Of a stretch of DNA of 64,000 nt, positions 49,636 through 64,000 are shown in pieces. The DNA comes from Escherichia coli (GTDB lineage Bacteria; Pseudomonadota; Gammaproteobacteria; Enterobacterales; Enterobacteriaceae): NCBI RefSeq assembly GCF_003334355.1, contig NZ_QOWP01000008.1, one strand, 5' to 3'. The notes beneath the pieces are model-generated. The model had not been told where the DNA came from. It saw only the letters and a program-made list of their open reading frames with translations, and did not search any database. The first letter of the stretch is position 1. The number at the start of each line of letters is the position of its first letter. Both the position numbers and the translations under genes were made by a program.

Positions 49636-50883
49636 TCAGCCAAATTTAGGTAACACGTTAAAGACGTTACCGAACCAGCATAAAATTACGGTTATACCAA
49701 AGAGAATGACAATCGCCGGAATAAGATTGCCGCCCCAGACCGTGAACATCTGATTGGGAAACTTCTTGCGAGCTTTGATTGCAAGCACTGCGGGAATAAT
49801 GACCGCCCAGATGGTGGCGCACAGCCCGGCACCGCCGATCCCGTAAATAAAGCCGTTCGGGAAGATCAGATACAACAACGCAGGTGGCAGGAAGGTTAAC
49901 AGCACGGTTTTGAAACGCCCGCCGTGGGAGTTATCAATCTTAAACAGGTCCGCCAGATAATCGAACAACCCCAGCGTGACACCAAAGAACGAACTGGCAA
50001 CAGCTAAGTTAGAGAACACCAGCAGGCAAAACTCGATAATGCCGTGCTGTTTGGTGCCGAGGAACGATTTCACCAGCGAATCAACGTTGCCGCCTGAGGA
50101 GATTATCGCCTTAAAGCTTTCGCGCGGAATATTCCCCATCGTGCAATAGAGCCAGAAGAGATAAATCACCAGCGCCAGCAGCGAACCAAATACCACGCTT
50201 TTGATTAACTTATCTTTGCGTTTTCCATAGCAAATAATCAGGCTGGGAATATTGCCGTGGAAACCAAATGACGCCAGACACACCGGCAAAGCCATAAAAA
50301 TATACGGGAAGTAAGACGTTCCCGCAGTGGTGCTGGTGGCATCGCGCAGGATGGAGTAATCGACCTGGAAGAAGAAAGAACCAAACACGATCACAAAGGA
50401 GATAATCTTCAGCCCGAGGAACAATGAGGTAATGCGACTGGCGGCTAACGAACTTATCCACAATACGCTGGCAACGAAAATGGCTGTGCAGATCCCGACA
50501 ATACGTGGATTAGCGTGATAGCCCAAATTCATTGATATCGTTTCACTAATGATCGCACCATTAGCAGAGATATAGGCATAAGTGAGGATATAGAGAACGA
50601 AGGCAACGGTAATACCGCTGATAATGTTCCAGGTGTTACCGATTAAATCTTTGGTGATGGTGTTAAAACTGGAGCCGACAGGATAATTTAAATTTGCTTC
50701 TAATAACAATAACCCGGAATGAAGCATTGAAAACCAGGCAATGATAAGGATAAAGGCACCCCAGAAAAACCAGGCACCGGCAAGATCAACAGGTAAAGCA
50801 AACATACCTCCACCAATTACTGTACCTGCTATAACCATAACACCCCAAAATGCAGAGTGCTTTTTTTCAGCTTGATCAGTCAT
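49636..50883 (-). CDS. tnaB: Low-affinity tryptophan permease TnaB
   Basis: 415 aa aromatic amino-acid permease; downstream of tnaA in the same operon. Confidence 0.93.
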   Translation of the reverse strand: MTDQAEKKHSAFWGVMVIAGTVIGGGMFALPVDLAGAWFFWGAFILIIAWFSMLHSGLLLLEANLNYPVGSSFNTITKDLIGNTWNIISGITVAFVLYILTYAYISANGAIISETISMNLGYHANPRIVGICTAIFVASVLWISSLAASRITSLFLGLKIISFVIVFGSFFFQVDYSILRDATSTTAGTSYFPYIFMALPVCLASFGFHGNIPSLIICYGKRKDKLIKSVVFGSLLALVIYLFWLYCTMGNIPRESFKAIISSGGNVDSLVKSFLGTKQHGIIEFCLLVFSNLAVASSFFGVTLGLFDYLADLFKIDNSHGGRFKTVLLTFLPPALLYLIFPNGFIYGIGGAGLCATIWAVIIPAVLAIKARKKFPNQMFTVWGGNLIPAIVILFGITVILCWFGNVFNVLPKFG

Positions 50884-50973
50884 GATGCCACCTTTAGAGG
50901 AAGGCTATTTTTGTTATTGAGGATGTAGGGTAAGAGAGTGGCTAACATCCTTATAGCCACTCTGTAGTATTAA

Positions 50974-52389
50974 TTAAACTTCTTTCAGTTTTGCGGTGAA
51001 GTGACGCAATACTTTTGGTTCGTAGGTAAAGGTTAATCCTTTAATATTCGCCGCGTTCTCTTTCACATGTTTAAAGGCTTCAATAATGAAGTCCATATGT
51101 GTTTGAGTATATGTTGCGCGCGGAATGGTTAAACGCAGCAGTTCAGCCGGGCATGGCAGTTGTTTACCGGTTTTCGGATCGCGGCCTAACAGGAAAGAGC
51201 CAATTTCTACCGCACGGATACCGGCGACTTTATACAGCTCGCACGCCAGCGCCTGTGCCGGGAACTGGTCTGCCGGGATATGCGGCAGCAGTTTACCGGC
51301 ATCAACGAATGCCGCGTGACCGCCCGCCTGCTGGCAGACAACGCCAATCTCTTCCAGACCATCGACCAGATACTGTACCTGCGCGATACGATAAGCCAGC
51401 CAGTCGAGATTCATGCCGTCATACAGACCTACCGCCAGACGCTCCATCGCGCCGCCTTCCAGGCCGCCATATGTCGGGAAGCCTTCCTGCACCACGCAAA
51501 GGGTTCTGCACTCGGTGTACACATCAAAGAAGCTGTCGTCTTTCATGCACAGCAAGCCGCCCATCGGCACCATCGCATCTTTCTTGGCGGACATCGCCAG
51601 CATATCGGCATATTTGTAGGTTTCGCGGGTGATCTGCTCGATGGTCCAGTCTTTGTATTCTGCTTCACGCTGCTTGATGAAATAGGCGTTTTCAGCAAAG
51701 CGTGCGGAGTCCATTACCACCGGAATATCGTATTTCTTCGCGATGCTGTACATCGCTTTTAAGTTTGCCAGTGAAACCGGCTGACCACCTGCAGAGTTAC
51801 TGGTGATGGTTGCAACGATATACGGCACGTTATTCGGGCCAACTTCTTCAATACCGCGTTCTAATCCTTCGAGGTCAAAGTTGCCTTTAAAGTCGTAACG
51901 CACGCCCGTATCGAAGGCTTCTTTGATATAGACGTTACGCACGGTACAGCCGTTAATCTGGCTATGGCCCTGCGTGGTATCAAAGAAATAGTTAGAGAAT
52001 GCCACCATTTTGCTGCGATCCAGGCCTTTTTCCTGCTCGCGTTTTTTAATCAGTACCGGAATATAGATTTGCTCTGCGCCACGGCCCTGGTGAGTCGGAA
52101 TAGTGTATTGATAACCAAAGATATTTTTCACTGACTCGGCTAACGCATAGTAGCTGCGGCTGCCGCTGTAGGCTTCGTCGCCGCGCATCATCGCGGCCTG
52201 CATACTCTGCGTCACCGCCCCGGTGCCGCTGTCGGTCAGTAAATCGATAAACACATCTTCGCTATCCAGCAGGAACGGGTTCATACCGGATTTAATAATT
52301 GCTTCTTCACGATAAGCGCGAGTAGTACGTTTTACTGGCTCAATAACACGAATGCGGAACGGTTCAGGGAGATGTTTAAAGTTTTCCAT
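50974..52389 (-). CDS. tnaA: Tryptophanase TnaA
   Basis: ORF-track 476 aa trimmed to [18 protein letters not shown] (471 aa); PLP-dependent beta-eliminating lyase. Confidence 0.95.
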
Positions 52390-52609
52390 TACATAATCCT
52401 TCATTTATTTTAATTACAGTGATCCCTGTGAATATTACATCTGCAATATCCATTAATTCGCCATGTATATATACAAGCACCATCATTTACTAAAATAAGT
52501 AAATAAACGAGAGATGGCCTTTGCAAAAGGCAAAATTAAGATATAGCAAACTAATCGTTCACATTGAATCTAATCGGTTTGGCTCTGGTGATGGCTACAG
52601 AAGGGTAAA

Positions 52610-52684
52610 TTAAGGGCGGTGATCGACAATCTTATTGTCGATATTGAACCATTTTGAGGTCACACATATATGTAAGATATTCAT
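52610..52684 (-). CDS. tnaC: tna operon leader peptide TnaC (24 aa, MNILHICVTSKWFNIDNKIVDHRP)
   Basis: Reverse complement of ~52610-52684 encodes exactly the 24-aa TnaC peptide with the critical Trp12 and C-terminal Pro24 followed by a stop; not in the ORF track because under 60 aa. Confidence 0.9.
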   Translation of the reverse strand: MNILHICVTSKWFNIDNKIVDHRP

Positions 52685-52759
52685 AATGCACTTATCCTCG
52701 AAAGACACGAGGCTACAGTATAATACTCAAGAATTTTGTCTATTCTAAAATTGTTTAAA

Positions 52760-52775
52760 TGTGAATCGAATCACA
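52760..52775. promoter_or_regulatory. CRP binding site of the tna promoter
   Basis: tgtgaatcgaatcaca, a near-perfect TGTGA-N6-TCACA palindrome upstream of tnaC. Confidence 0.75.
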
Positions 52776-52926
52776 ATCGTTCGGGGAGCAATATTAAATG
52801 CTTTTTTTTAAGATTATAAATTACGTAAGAATTTTAATGTTTAAAAAAAGGGTTGAGGAATAATAGGAGTGCTAACAATGAAGCGAAGCCGCATCTGACA
52901 GTCAGAATACGGCTTCGTAAGCGCGG

Positions 52927-54291
52927 TTACTTACCAATACAGAAGCTGGAGAAAATCCGCCCCAGCAGGTCGTCTGAAGTAAATTCCCCGGTGATTTCGC
53001 TTAAGTTCTGCTGTGCCAGACGCAACTCTTCCGCCAGCAGTTCACCTGCCCAGGCTCCCAACAGTTGCGCTTTGCCCTGTTGTAGATGTTCCGCTGCCTG
53101 TTCCAGCGCCTGTAGGTGGCGACGACGCGCCAGGAAGCCGCCTTCCATGTTGGTGTCAAAGCCCATGCTCTGTTTGAGATGGTTACGCAGCACCTCCACG
53201 CCTTCACCTGTCCTTGCCGAGAGACGAATTAACGCGTGACCGTTCACTTCACTCATTCCCAGCGTTTCGCCGGTGATATCGGCTTTATTGCGCACCACGG
53301 TGATCGGCAGTTTCGCTGGCAGACGGGCGATAAATTCCGGCCAGATCTCTGCCGGATCCACGGCGTCTGTTGTGGTGCCATCGACCATAAACAGCACGCG
53401 GTCGGCCTGTTCAATTTCCTGCCACGCGCGCTCGATACCAATACGTTCCACTTCGTCACTGGCTTCACGTAGCCCAGCGGTATCGATGATATGCAGCGGC
53501 ATTCCGTCAATGTGGATATGCTCACGCAGCACGTCACGTGTGGTTCCGGCGATATCAGTTACGATTGCTGCTTCACGGCCCGCCAGCGCGTTTAACAGGC
53601 TCGATTTACCGGCGTTAGGACGTCCGGCAATCACCACCTTCATCCCTTCGCGCAACAAACTACCCTGACGTGCTTCAGCACGCACTGCATCGAGATCGGC
53701 AATCACGTCATTAAGCTGGGCTTCAATTTTGCCGTCGGAGAGGAAATCGATCTCTTCATCAGGGAAATCAATTGCCGCTTCGACGTAAATGCGCAAGTGG
53801 GTGAGGGCTTCTACCAGATGATTAACCCGTGCGGAGAATGCGCCTTGCAGCGAGTTAAGTGCCGAACGGGCCGCCTGTTCCGAACTGGCGTCGATAAGAT
53901 CGGCAATCGCCTCGGCCTGGGCTAAGTCAAGTTTATCGTTAAGAAACGCGCGTTCGGAAAACTCACCAGGGCGAGCAATCCGCAGGCCGGGAATGGTCAG
54001 AATGCGTTTTAACAGCAGGTCGAGGATCACCGGACCGCCATGACCTTGCAGTTCCAGCACATCTTCGCCGGTGAACGAGTTCGGGCCAGGGAACCATAGC
54101 GCAATCCCCTGATCGAGCACGCTGCCGTCGGCGTCTTTAAACGGAAGATAATCGGCGTAGCGCGGCTTAGGCAGTTTACCCAGCACGGTTTCGGCAACTT
54201 CACGGGCTTTGAAGCCGGAGATGCGCAGGATGCCAACGCCGCCACGTCCCGGAGGCGTGGCCTGGGCTACGATAGTGTCATTATCGCTCAT
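52927..54291 (-). CDS. mnmE: tRNA modification GTPase MnmE (TrmE)
   Basis: 454 aa; G-domain motifs ([13 protein letters not shown]) and C-terminal CIGK. Confidence 0.95.
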
Positions 54292-54396
54292 GATGTTCCT
54301 GTTGCTTTGTGTGGCGGATGCGCGGTGCTTATCCGCCCTACGAAAAGAAAAAAGGCGGTCAACTGACCGCCCTTATTTTAGCGAAAACTCACCGAA

Positions 54397-56043
54397 TCAG
54401 GATTTTTTCTTCTCGCGGCTATGCAGGCCACGTTTTTCCAGACCACGGTAAATCAGCTGCTGCTGAATAATGGTTACCAGGTTGCTGACGATATAGTACA
54501 GCACCAGACCTGACGGGAACCACAGGAAGAACACGGTGAAGATGACCGGCATAAAGGTCATGATCTTCTGCTGCATCGGGTCGGTCACTGTGGTCGGCGA
54601 CATCTTCTGAATGAAGAACATCGTTACGCCCATCAGGATCGGCAGGATGTAGTACGGGTCCTGTGCCGACAGGTCGTGGATCCATAGTGCAAACGGTGCC
54701 TGACGCAGTTCAACGGAACCCATCAGCATGTAGTACAACGCCAGGAAGATTGGCATCTGGATCAGCAGCGGGAAGCAGCCGCCCAGCGGGTTAACCTTCT
54801 CAGCTTTGTACAGCGCCATCATTTCCTGGCTGATACGCTGTTTGTCATCGCCCAGACGCTCACGCATTGCCTGAATCTTCGGCTGCAACATACGCATCTT
54901 CGCCATGGAGGTGTACTGCGCTTTGGTCAGCGGGTACATGATGCCACGAACGATAAAGGTGATGATGATAATGGAGAAGCCCCAGTTACCCACAAAGCTA
55001 TGGATCCATTTCAGCAGTTTGAACAGCGGCTGAGAGATGAACCACAACCAACCGTAATCAACGGTCAGATCCAGGTGCGGAGCAACAGCTGCCATTTTGT
55101 CCTGGATTTCCGGGCCAACCCACAGGGTGCTGTTCATCGCGCCAGTCTGACCAGGCTGAACCAGTACCGGCTGAGATTTATAGCCGATAGCGGCGATGCC
55201 GTTACCCAGATTAGCGGTATAGAAGTTGTTGGTACCGTCGTTATGCGGGATCCACGCCGTCGCGAAATACTGTTGCAGCATCGCCACCCAACCACCTTTC
55301 GAAGAGATGTTCAGGTTTTCGTTATCGGCAATGGTATCGAACTTGTATTTCTCATACTTCTCGTCAGGCGTGGAGTACGCCGCGCCACGGAAGGTGTGCA
55401 GTGCGAAGTTGCTGCTTCCGGTATCGAGATGCGGTGGCAGAGTGATGGATTGCTTCAACTGACCAAACGAGGAGATTTCCAGCGGTTTCTCGCCAGCGTT
55501 CTGCACGTTGTAGTTGACGTTGACAGCGTAATCACCACGTTTCAGGACAAACGTTTTGGTAAACGTGTTGCCTGCCGCGTCGGTATACGTCATCGGCACC
55601 TGCAGTTCGTTTTGACCTTCAGCCAGCACATAAGCGTCTTTTTCAACGTTATACAGCGGACGCGGGCCGTTAGCCGGGTTATCCGGGCCATCACGACCGG
55701 TCAGACCGCTCTGTGCCTGATAAATAAACTGCGGTGAAGTTTCCAACAGCTGGAACGGCTGGGTAGAGTTCAGCTCTTTCGGGTAAGCAGGCAGCAGAGC
55801 TTGCTCAACATCACCACCACGGGTGTTGATGGTCAGATCAAGCACGTCGGTCTTAACCGAGATCAGTTTCCCCTGGCCACTGGCCGGTACGCCCTGGTCG
55901 GCGGCGCTACCCGCTGCGGTGGTCGTTGTCTGCGTGGTCTGTTGGGCCTGAGGTTGCGGGTTTTTATCCTGCTCCCAGGCTTGCCAGATCATGAAAGACA
56001 CGAACAGCAAAGCGATGACTAAAAGATTGCGTTGCGAATCCAT
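54397..56043 (-). CDS. yidC: Membrane protein insertase YidC
   Basis: 548 aa; N-terminal TM, large periplasmic domain, conserved C-terminal 5-TM core; recognised. Confidence 0.95.
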
Positions 56044-56045
56044 CG

Positions 56046-56303
56046 TTAGTGTTCTCTGGTATCAAATGGTCCGGGCGGGACGGGATCGTCACCACCAGGG
56101 TGTAAAGGGTGGCATTTTAATACGCGTTTCACCGTCAACCAACTGCCTTTTATCACTCCAAACCTGCGCAATGCCTCAATTCCGTAGCTTGAACAGGTTG
56201 GAGTGAAACGGCAATGCGGCCCGAGTAGCGGACTAATCAGGCGTTGATAGACCCGAATGAGGGCTATCAGGACCCGCGAGCCAGGCGACAGTGGCGGCGC
56301 CAT
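56046..56303 (-). CDS. yidD: Membrane protein insertion efficiency factor YidD
   Basis: 85 aa; conserved [14 protein letters not shown] motif; overlaps the rnpA 3' end. Confidence 0.85.
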
Positions 56304-56626
56304 AATTTTTCCAACGCTTCCGAGAGAGCACGGTTATCGAGGTCGGCAACCCCTTTTTTCGCCACCACCACGAAATCCATAGCCGGGAGTTCATGTTGGC
56401 GCAGACGGAAGCTTTCACGCGTCAGACGTTTAATCCGATTGCGTTCATGGGCGCGTCGAACGTTTTTCTTGGCGACTGTAAGACCGATACGGGGATGCCC
56501 CAGCGAATTCAGGCGGCCGAGAATGGTAATTTGCGGCGTGCCAGCCCGTTGTGGCTGCTGGAAGACGAATGTGAATTGACTGGGAGTTAACAAGCGTAAC
56601 TCCCTGGGAAATGCGAGCTTAACCAC
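56267..56626 (-). CDS. rnpA: RNase P protein component RnpA
   Basis: 119 aa basic protein; recognised. Confidence 0.93.
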
Positions 56627-56642
56627 TCAGGGGTTAGCTTTA

Positions 56643-56795
<153 letters not shown>

Positions 56796-57039
56796 CTAAA
56801 CTTGAATAAATTCAATGGCTTTATTGGATATCCGCCGAAAAATGAAACGATGGACACCGAAGCCATGGGTGATTAAAGAGGCCGGATTGTAATAATTGTA
56901 CACTCCGGAGTCAATTCTCTTTCCTTATTTACCGCGCTTTTCCGCACCTTTTCGCAGGGAAAATGTACGACCTCACACCAGTGGAAACCAGCATGGCGCG
57001 CCGGGTGGAGGATTATACGGGCTGATGGGTAAAGCGCAA

Positions 57040-57270
57040 GGATCGTCCTGGATCTTTATTAGATCGATTAAGCCAATTTTTGTCTATGGTCATTAAATTT
57101 TCCAATATGCGGCGTAAATCGTGCCCGCCTCGCGGCAGGATCGTTTACACTTAGCGAGTTCTGGAAAGTCCTGTGGATAAATCGGGAAAATCTGTGAGAA
57201 ACAGAAGATCTCTTGCGCAGTTTAGGCTATGATCCGCGGTCCCGATCGTTTTGCAGGATCTTGATCGGGC
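57040..57270 (+). promoter_or_regulatory. dnaA promoter region (P1/P2) with consensus DnaA box and GATC cluster
   Basis: tgtggataa (consensus DnaA box, reverse orientation) at ~57172-57180, flanked by multiple GATC sites (~57041-57070 and ~57207-57265); matches the known autoregulated, methylation-sensitive dnaA promoter. Confidence 0.8.
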
Positions 57271-57389
57271 ATATAACCGCAGACAGCGGTTCGTGCGTCA
57301 CCCTCAAGCAGGGTCTTTTCGACGTACGTCAACAATCATGAATGTTTCAGCCTTAGTCATTATCGACTTTTGTTCGAGTGGAGTCCGCC

Positions 57390-58793
57390 GTGTCACTTTC
57401 GCTTTGGCAGCAGTGTCTTGCCCGATTGCAGGATGAGTTACCAGCCACAGAATTCAGTATGTGGATACGCCCATTGCAGGCGGAACTGAGCGATAACACG
57501 CTGGCCCTGTACGCGCCAAACCGTTTTGTCCTCGATTGGGTACGGGACAAGTACCTTAATAATATCAATGGACTGCTAACCAGTTTCTGCGGAGCGGATG
57601 CCCCACAGCTACGTTTTGAAGTCGGCACCAAACCGGTGACGCAAACGCCACAAGCGGCAGTGACGAGCAACGTCGCGGCCCCTGCACAGGTGGCGCAAAC
57701 GCAGCCGCAACGTGCTGCGCCTTCTACGCGCTCAGGTTGGGATAACGTCCCGGCCCCGGCAGAACCGACCTATCGTTCTAACGTAAACGTCAAACACACG
57801 TTTGATAACTTCGTTGAAGGTAAATCTAACCAACTGGCGCGCGCGGCGGCTCGCCAGGTGGCGGATAACCCTGGCGGTGCCTATAACCCGTTGTTCCTTT
57901 ATGGCGGCACGGGTCTGGGTAAAACTCACCTGCTGCATGCGGTGGGTAACGGCATTATGGCGCGCAAGCCGAATGCCAAAGTGGTTTATATGCACTCCGA
58001 GCGCTTTGTTCAGGACATGGTTAAAGCCCTGCAAAACAACGCGATCGAAGAGTTTAAACGCTACTACCGTTCCGTAGATGCACTGCTGATCGACGATATT
58101 CAGTTTTTTGCTAATAAAGAACGATCTCAGGAAGAGTTTTTCCACACCTTCAACGCCCTGCTGGAAGGTAATCAACAGATCATTCTCACCTCGGATCGCT
58201 ATCCGAAAGAGATCAACGGCGTTGAGGATCGTTTGAAATCCCGCTTCGGTTGGGGACTGACTGTGGCGATCGAACCGCCAGAGCTGGAAACCCGTGTGGC
58301 GATCCTGATGAAAAAGGCCGACGAAAACGACATTCGTTTGCCGGGCGAAGTGGCGTTCTTTATCGCCAAGCGTCTACGATCTAACGTACGTGAGCTGGAA
58401 GGGGCGCTGAACCGCGTCATTGCCAATGCCAACTTTACTGGACGGGCGATCACCATCGACTTCGTGCGTGAGGCGCTGCGCGACTTGCTGGCATTGCAGG
58501 AAAAACTGGTCACCATCGACAATATTCAGAAGACGGTGGCGGAGTACTACAAGATCAAAGTCGCGGATCTCCTTTCCAAGCGTCGATCCCGCTCGGTGGC
58601 GCGTCCGCGCCAGATGGCGATGGCGCTGGCGAAAGAGCTGACTAACCACAGTCTGCCGGAGATTGGCGATGCGTTTGGTGGCCGTGACCACACGACGGTG
58701 CTTCATGCCTGCCGTAAGATCGAGCAGTTGCGTGAAGAGAGCCACGATATCAAAGAAGATTTTTCAAATTTAATCAGAACATTGTCATCGTAA
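57390..58793 (+). CDS. dnaA: Chromosomal replication initiator DnaA
   Basis: ORF-track 471 aa trimmed to the GTG start at [14 protein letters not shown] (467 aa); AAA+ Walker [12 protein letters not shown]; C-terminal DNA-binding domain. Confidence 0.95.
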
Positions 58794-58797
58794 ACCT

Positions 58798-59897
58798 ATG
58801 AAATTTACCGTAGAACGTGAGCATTTATTAAAACCGCTACAACAGGTGAGCGGTCCGTTAGGTGGTCGTCCTACGCTACCGATTCTCGGTAATCTGCTGT
58901 TACAGGTTGCTGACGGTACGTTGTCGCTGACCGGTACTGATCTCGAGATGGAAATGGTGGCACGTGTTGCGCTGGTTCAGCCACACGAGCCAGGAGCGAC
59001 GACCGTTCCGGCGCGCAAATTCTTTGATATCTGCCGTGGTCTGCCTGAAGGCGCGGAAATTGCCGTGCAGCTGGAAGGTGAACGGATGCTGGTACGCTCC
59101 GGGCGTAGCCGTTTTTCGCTGTCTACCCTGCCAGCGGCGGATTTCCCGAACCTCGATGACTGGCAGAGTGAAGTCGAATTTACCCTGCCGCAGGCAACGA
59201 TGAAGCGTCTGATTGAAGCGACCCAGTTTTCTATGGCGCATCAGGACGTTCGCTATTACTTAAATGGTATGCTGTTTGAAACCGAAGGTGAAGAACTGCG
59301 CACCGTGGCAACCGACGGCCACCGTCTGGCGGTCTGTTCAATGCCAATTGGTCAATCTTTGCCAAGCCATTCGGTGATCGTACCGCGTAAAGGCGTGATT
59401 GAACTGATGCGTATGCTCGACGGCGGCGACAATCCGCTGCGCGTACAGATTGGCAGCAACAACATTCGCGCCCACGTTGGCGACTTTATCTTCACCTCCA
59501 AACTGGTGGATGGTCGCTTCCCGGATTATCGCCGCGTTCTGCCGAAGAACCCGGACAAACATCTGGAAGCTGGCTGCGATCTGCTCAAGCAGGCGTTTGC
59601 TCGCGCGGCGATTCTCTCTAACGAGAAATTCCGCGGCGTACGTCTTTATGTCAGCGAAAACCAGCTGAAAATCACCGCCAACAACCCGGAACAGGAAGAA
59701 GCGGAAGAGATCCTCGACGTTACCTATAGCGGTGCGGAGATGGAAATCGGCTTCAACGTCAGTTATGTGCTGGATGTTCTGAACGCGCTGAAATGCGAAA
59801 ACGTCCGCATGATGCTGACCGATTCGGTTTCCAGCGTGCAGATTGAAGATGCGGCCAGCCAGAGCGCGGCTTATGTTGTCATGCCAATGAGACTGTA

Positions 59898-59898
<1 letters not shown>
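58798..59898 (+). CDS. dnaN: DNA polymerase III beta sliding clamp DnaN
   Basis: 366 aa; recognised ([17 protein letters not shown]…MPMRL). Confidence 0.97.
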
Positions 59899-63414
<3,516 letters not shown>

Positions 63415-63435
63415 TGGCGCTAACCATGCGAGCGT

Positions 63436-63534
63436 GCCTGATGCGCTACGCTTATCAGGCCTACGAAAATCTTGCAATGTATTGAATTTTCATGATTTTG
63501 TAGGCCGGATAAGGCGTTCACGCCGCATCCGGCA
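63436..63534. repeat. Two REP elements (BIME-like) downstream of gyrB
   Basis: gcctgatgcgctacgcttatcaggcctac and gtaggccggataaggcgttcacgccgcatccggca, followed by a hairpin plus T-run terminator (gggcggagatcatctccgccctttttatttc, ~63551-63581). Confidence 0.8.
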
Positions 63535-63653
63535 AGAAGCTATAAGAAAAGGGCGGAGATCATCTCCGCCCTTTTTATTTCTGCAATCCGCAATTATCAT
63601 CCCGCAAATCTATACTTTTTGGGTCAACACGTAACGCTTTACAGGTGATTATC

Positions 63654-64000
63654 ATGGGGCTTTTTGATGAAGTTGTCGGTGCCTTTCTGAAAGGCGATGC
63701 GGGGAAATATCAGGCTATTTTAAGTTGGGTTGAGGAGCAGGGCGGCATTCAGGTGCTGCTGGAAAAACTGCAAAGTGGCGGCTTAGGGGCCATTCTCTCA
63801 ACCTGGCTGAGTAATCAACAGGGCAATCAATCGGTTAGTGGCGAGCAACTGGAATCGGCGCTCGGCACAAATGCGGTGTCCGATCTCGGGCAAAAACTTG
63901 GCGTGGATACCAGTACGGCTTCCAGTTTACTGGCAGAGCAATTGCCGAAGATTATTGATGCGCTCTCACCGCAAGGTGAAGTGTCAGCACAAGCCAATAA
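63654..64000 (+). CDS. yidB: YidB, small conserved protein of unknown function (3'-truncated by the window end)
   Basis: ATG at ~63654 with GGTGA upstream; translation MGLFDEVVGAFLKGDAGKYQAILSWVEEQGGIQVLLEKLQSGGL… runs to the window edge; not in the ORF track because the ORF is incomplete. Confidence 0.75.
   Translation, partial: MGLFDEVVGAFLKGDAGKYQAILSWVEEQGGIQVLLEKLQSGGLGAILSTWLSNQQGNQSVSGEQLESALGTNAVSDLGQKLGVDTSTASSLLAEQLPKIIDALSPQGEVSAQAN

Overview
This window reads as a contiguous stretch of the Escherichia coli (K-12-like) core chromosome around the replication origin, in reverse orientation to the usual reference. I see no evidence of a novel or undescribed system here. Gene order, left to right: rrn-type P1/P2 promoter fragment (minus strand, reading out of the window), yieP, hsrA, rbsRKBCAD (minus), kup, ravA-viaA, asnA/asnC, mioC, oriC, mnmG(gidA)-rsmG(gidB), atpIBEFHAGDC, glmUS, pstSCAB-phoU, bglGFB-bglH, yieL, yieK, cbrB, yieH, adeP, chrR, yieE, yidZ, mdtL, tnaBA with the tnaC leader, mnmE, yidC, yidD, rnpA, rpmH, dnaA, dnaN, recF, gyrB and the 5' part of yidB. 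Gene identities come from reading the translated ORFs and recognising the proteins; no database search was run. Coding density is high, all CDS are conserved housekeeping or metabolic genes, and intergenic regions hold the expected classical signals (oriC 13-mers and DnaA boxes, Pho boxes, bgl RAT/terminators, REP elements, rho-independent terminators). I found no IS or transposon, no integrase, no CRISPR array and no tRNA or rRNA gene body. The one structural departure from K-12 gene order that I can see is the apparent absence of cbrC (yieJ) between yieK and cbrB. CDS boundaries follow the supplied ORF track, with starts trimmed where I recognise the real N-terminus; regulatory-site coordinates were indexed by hand and may be off by 1-2 nt.
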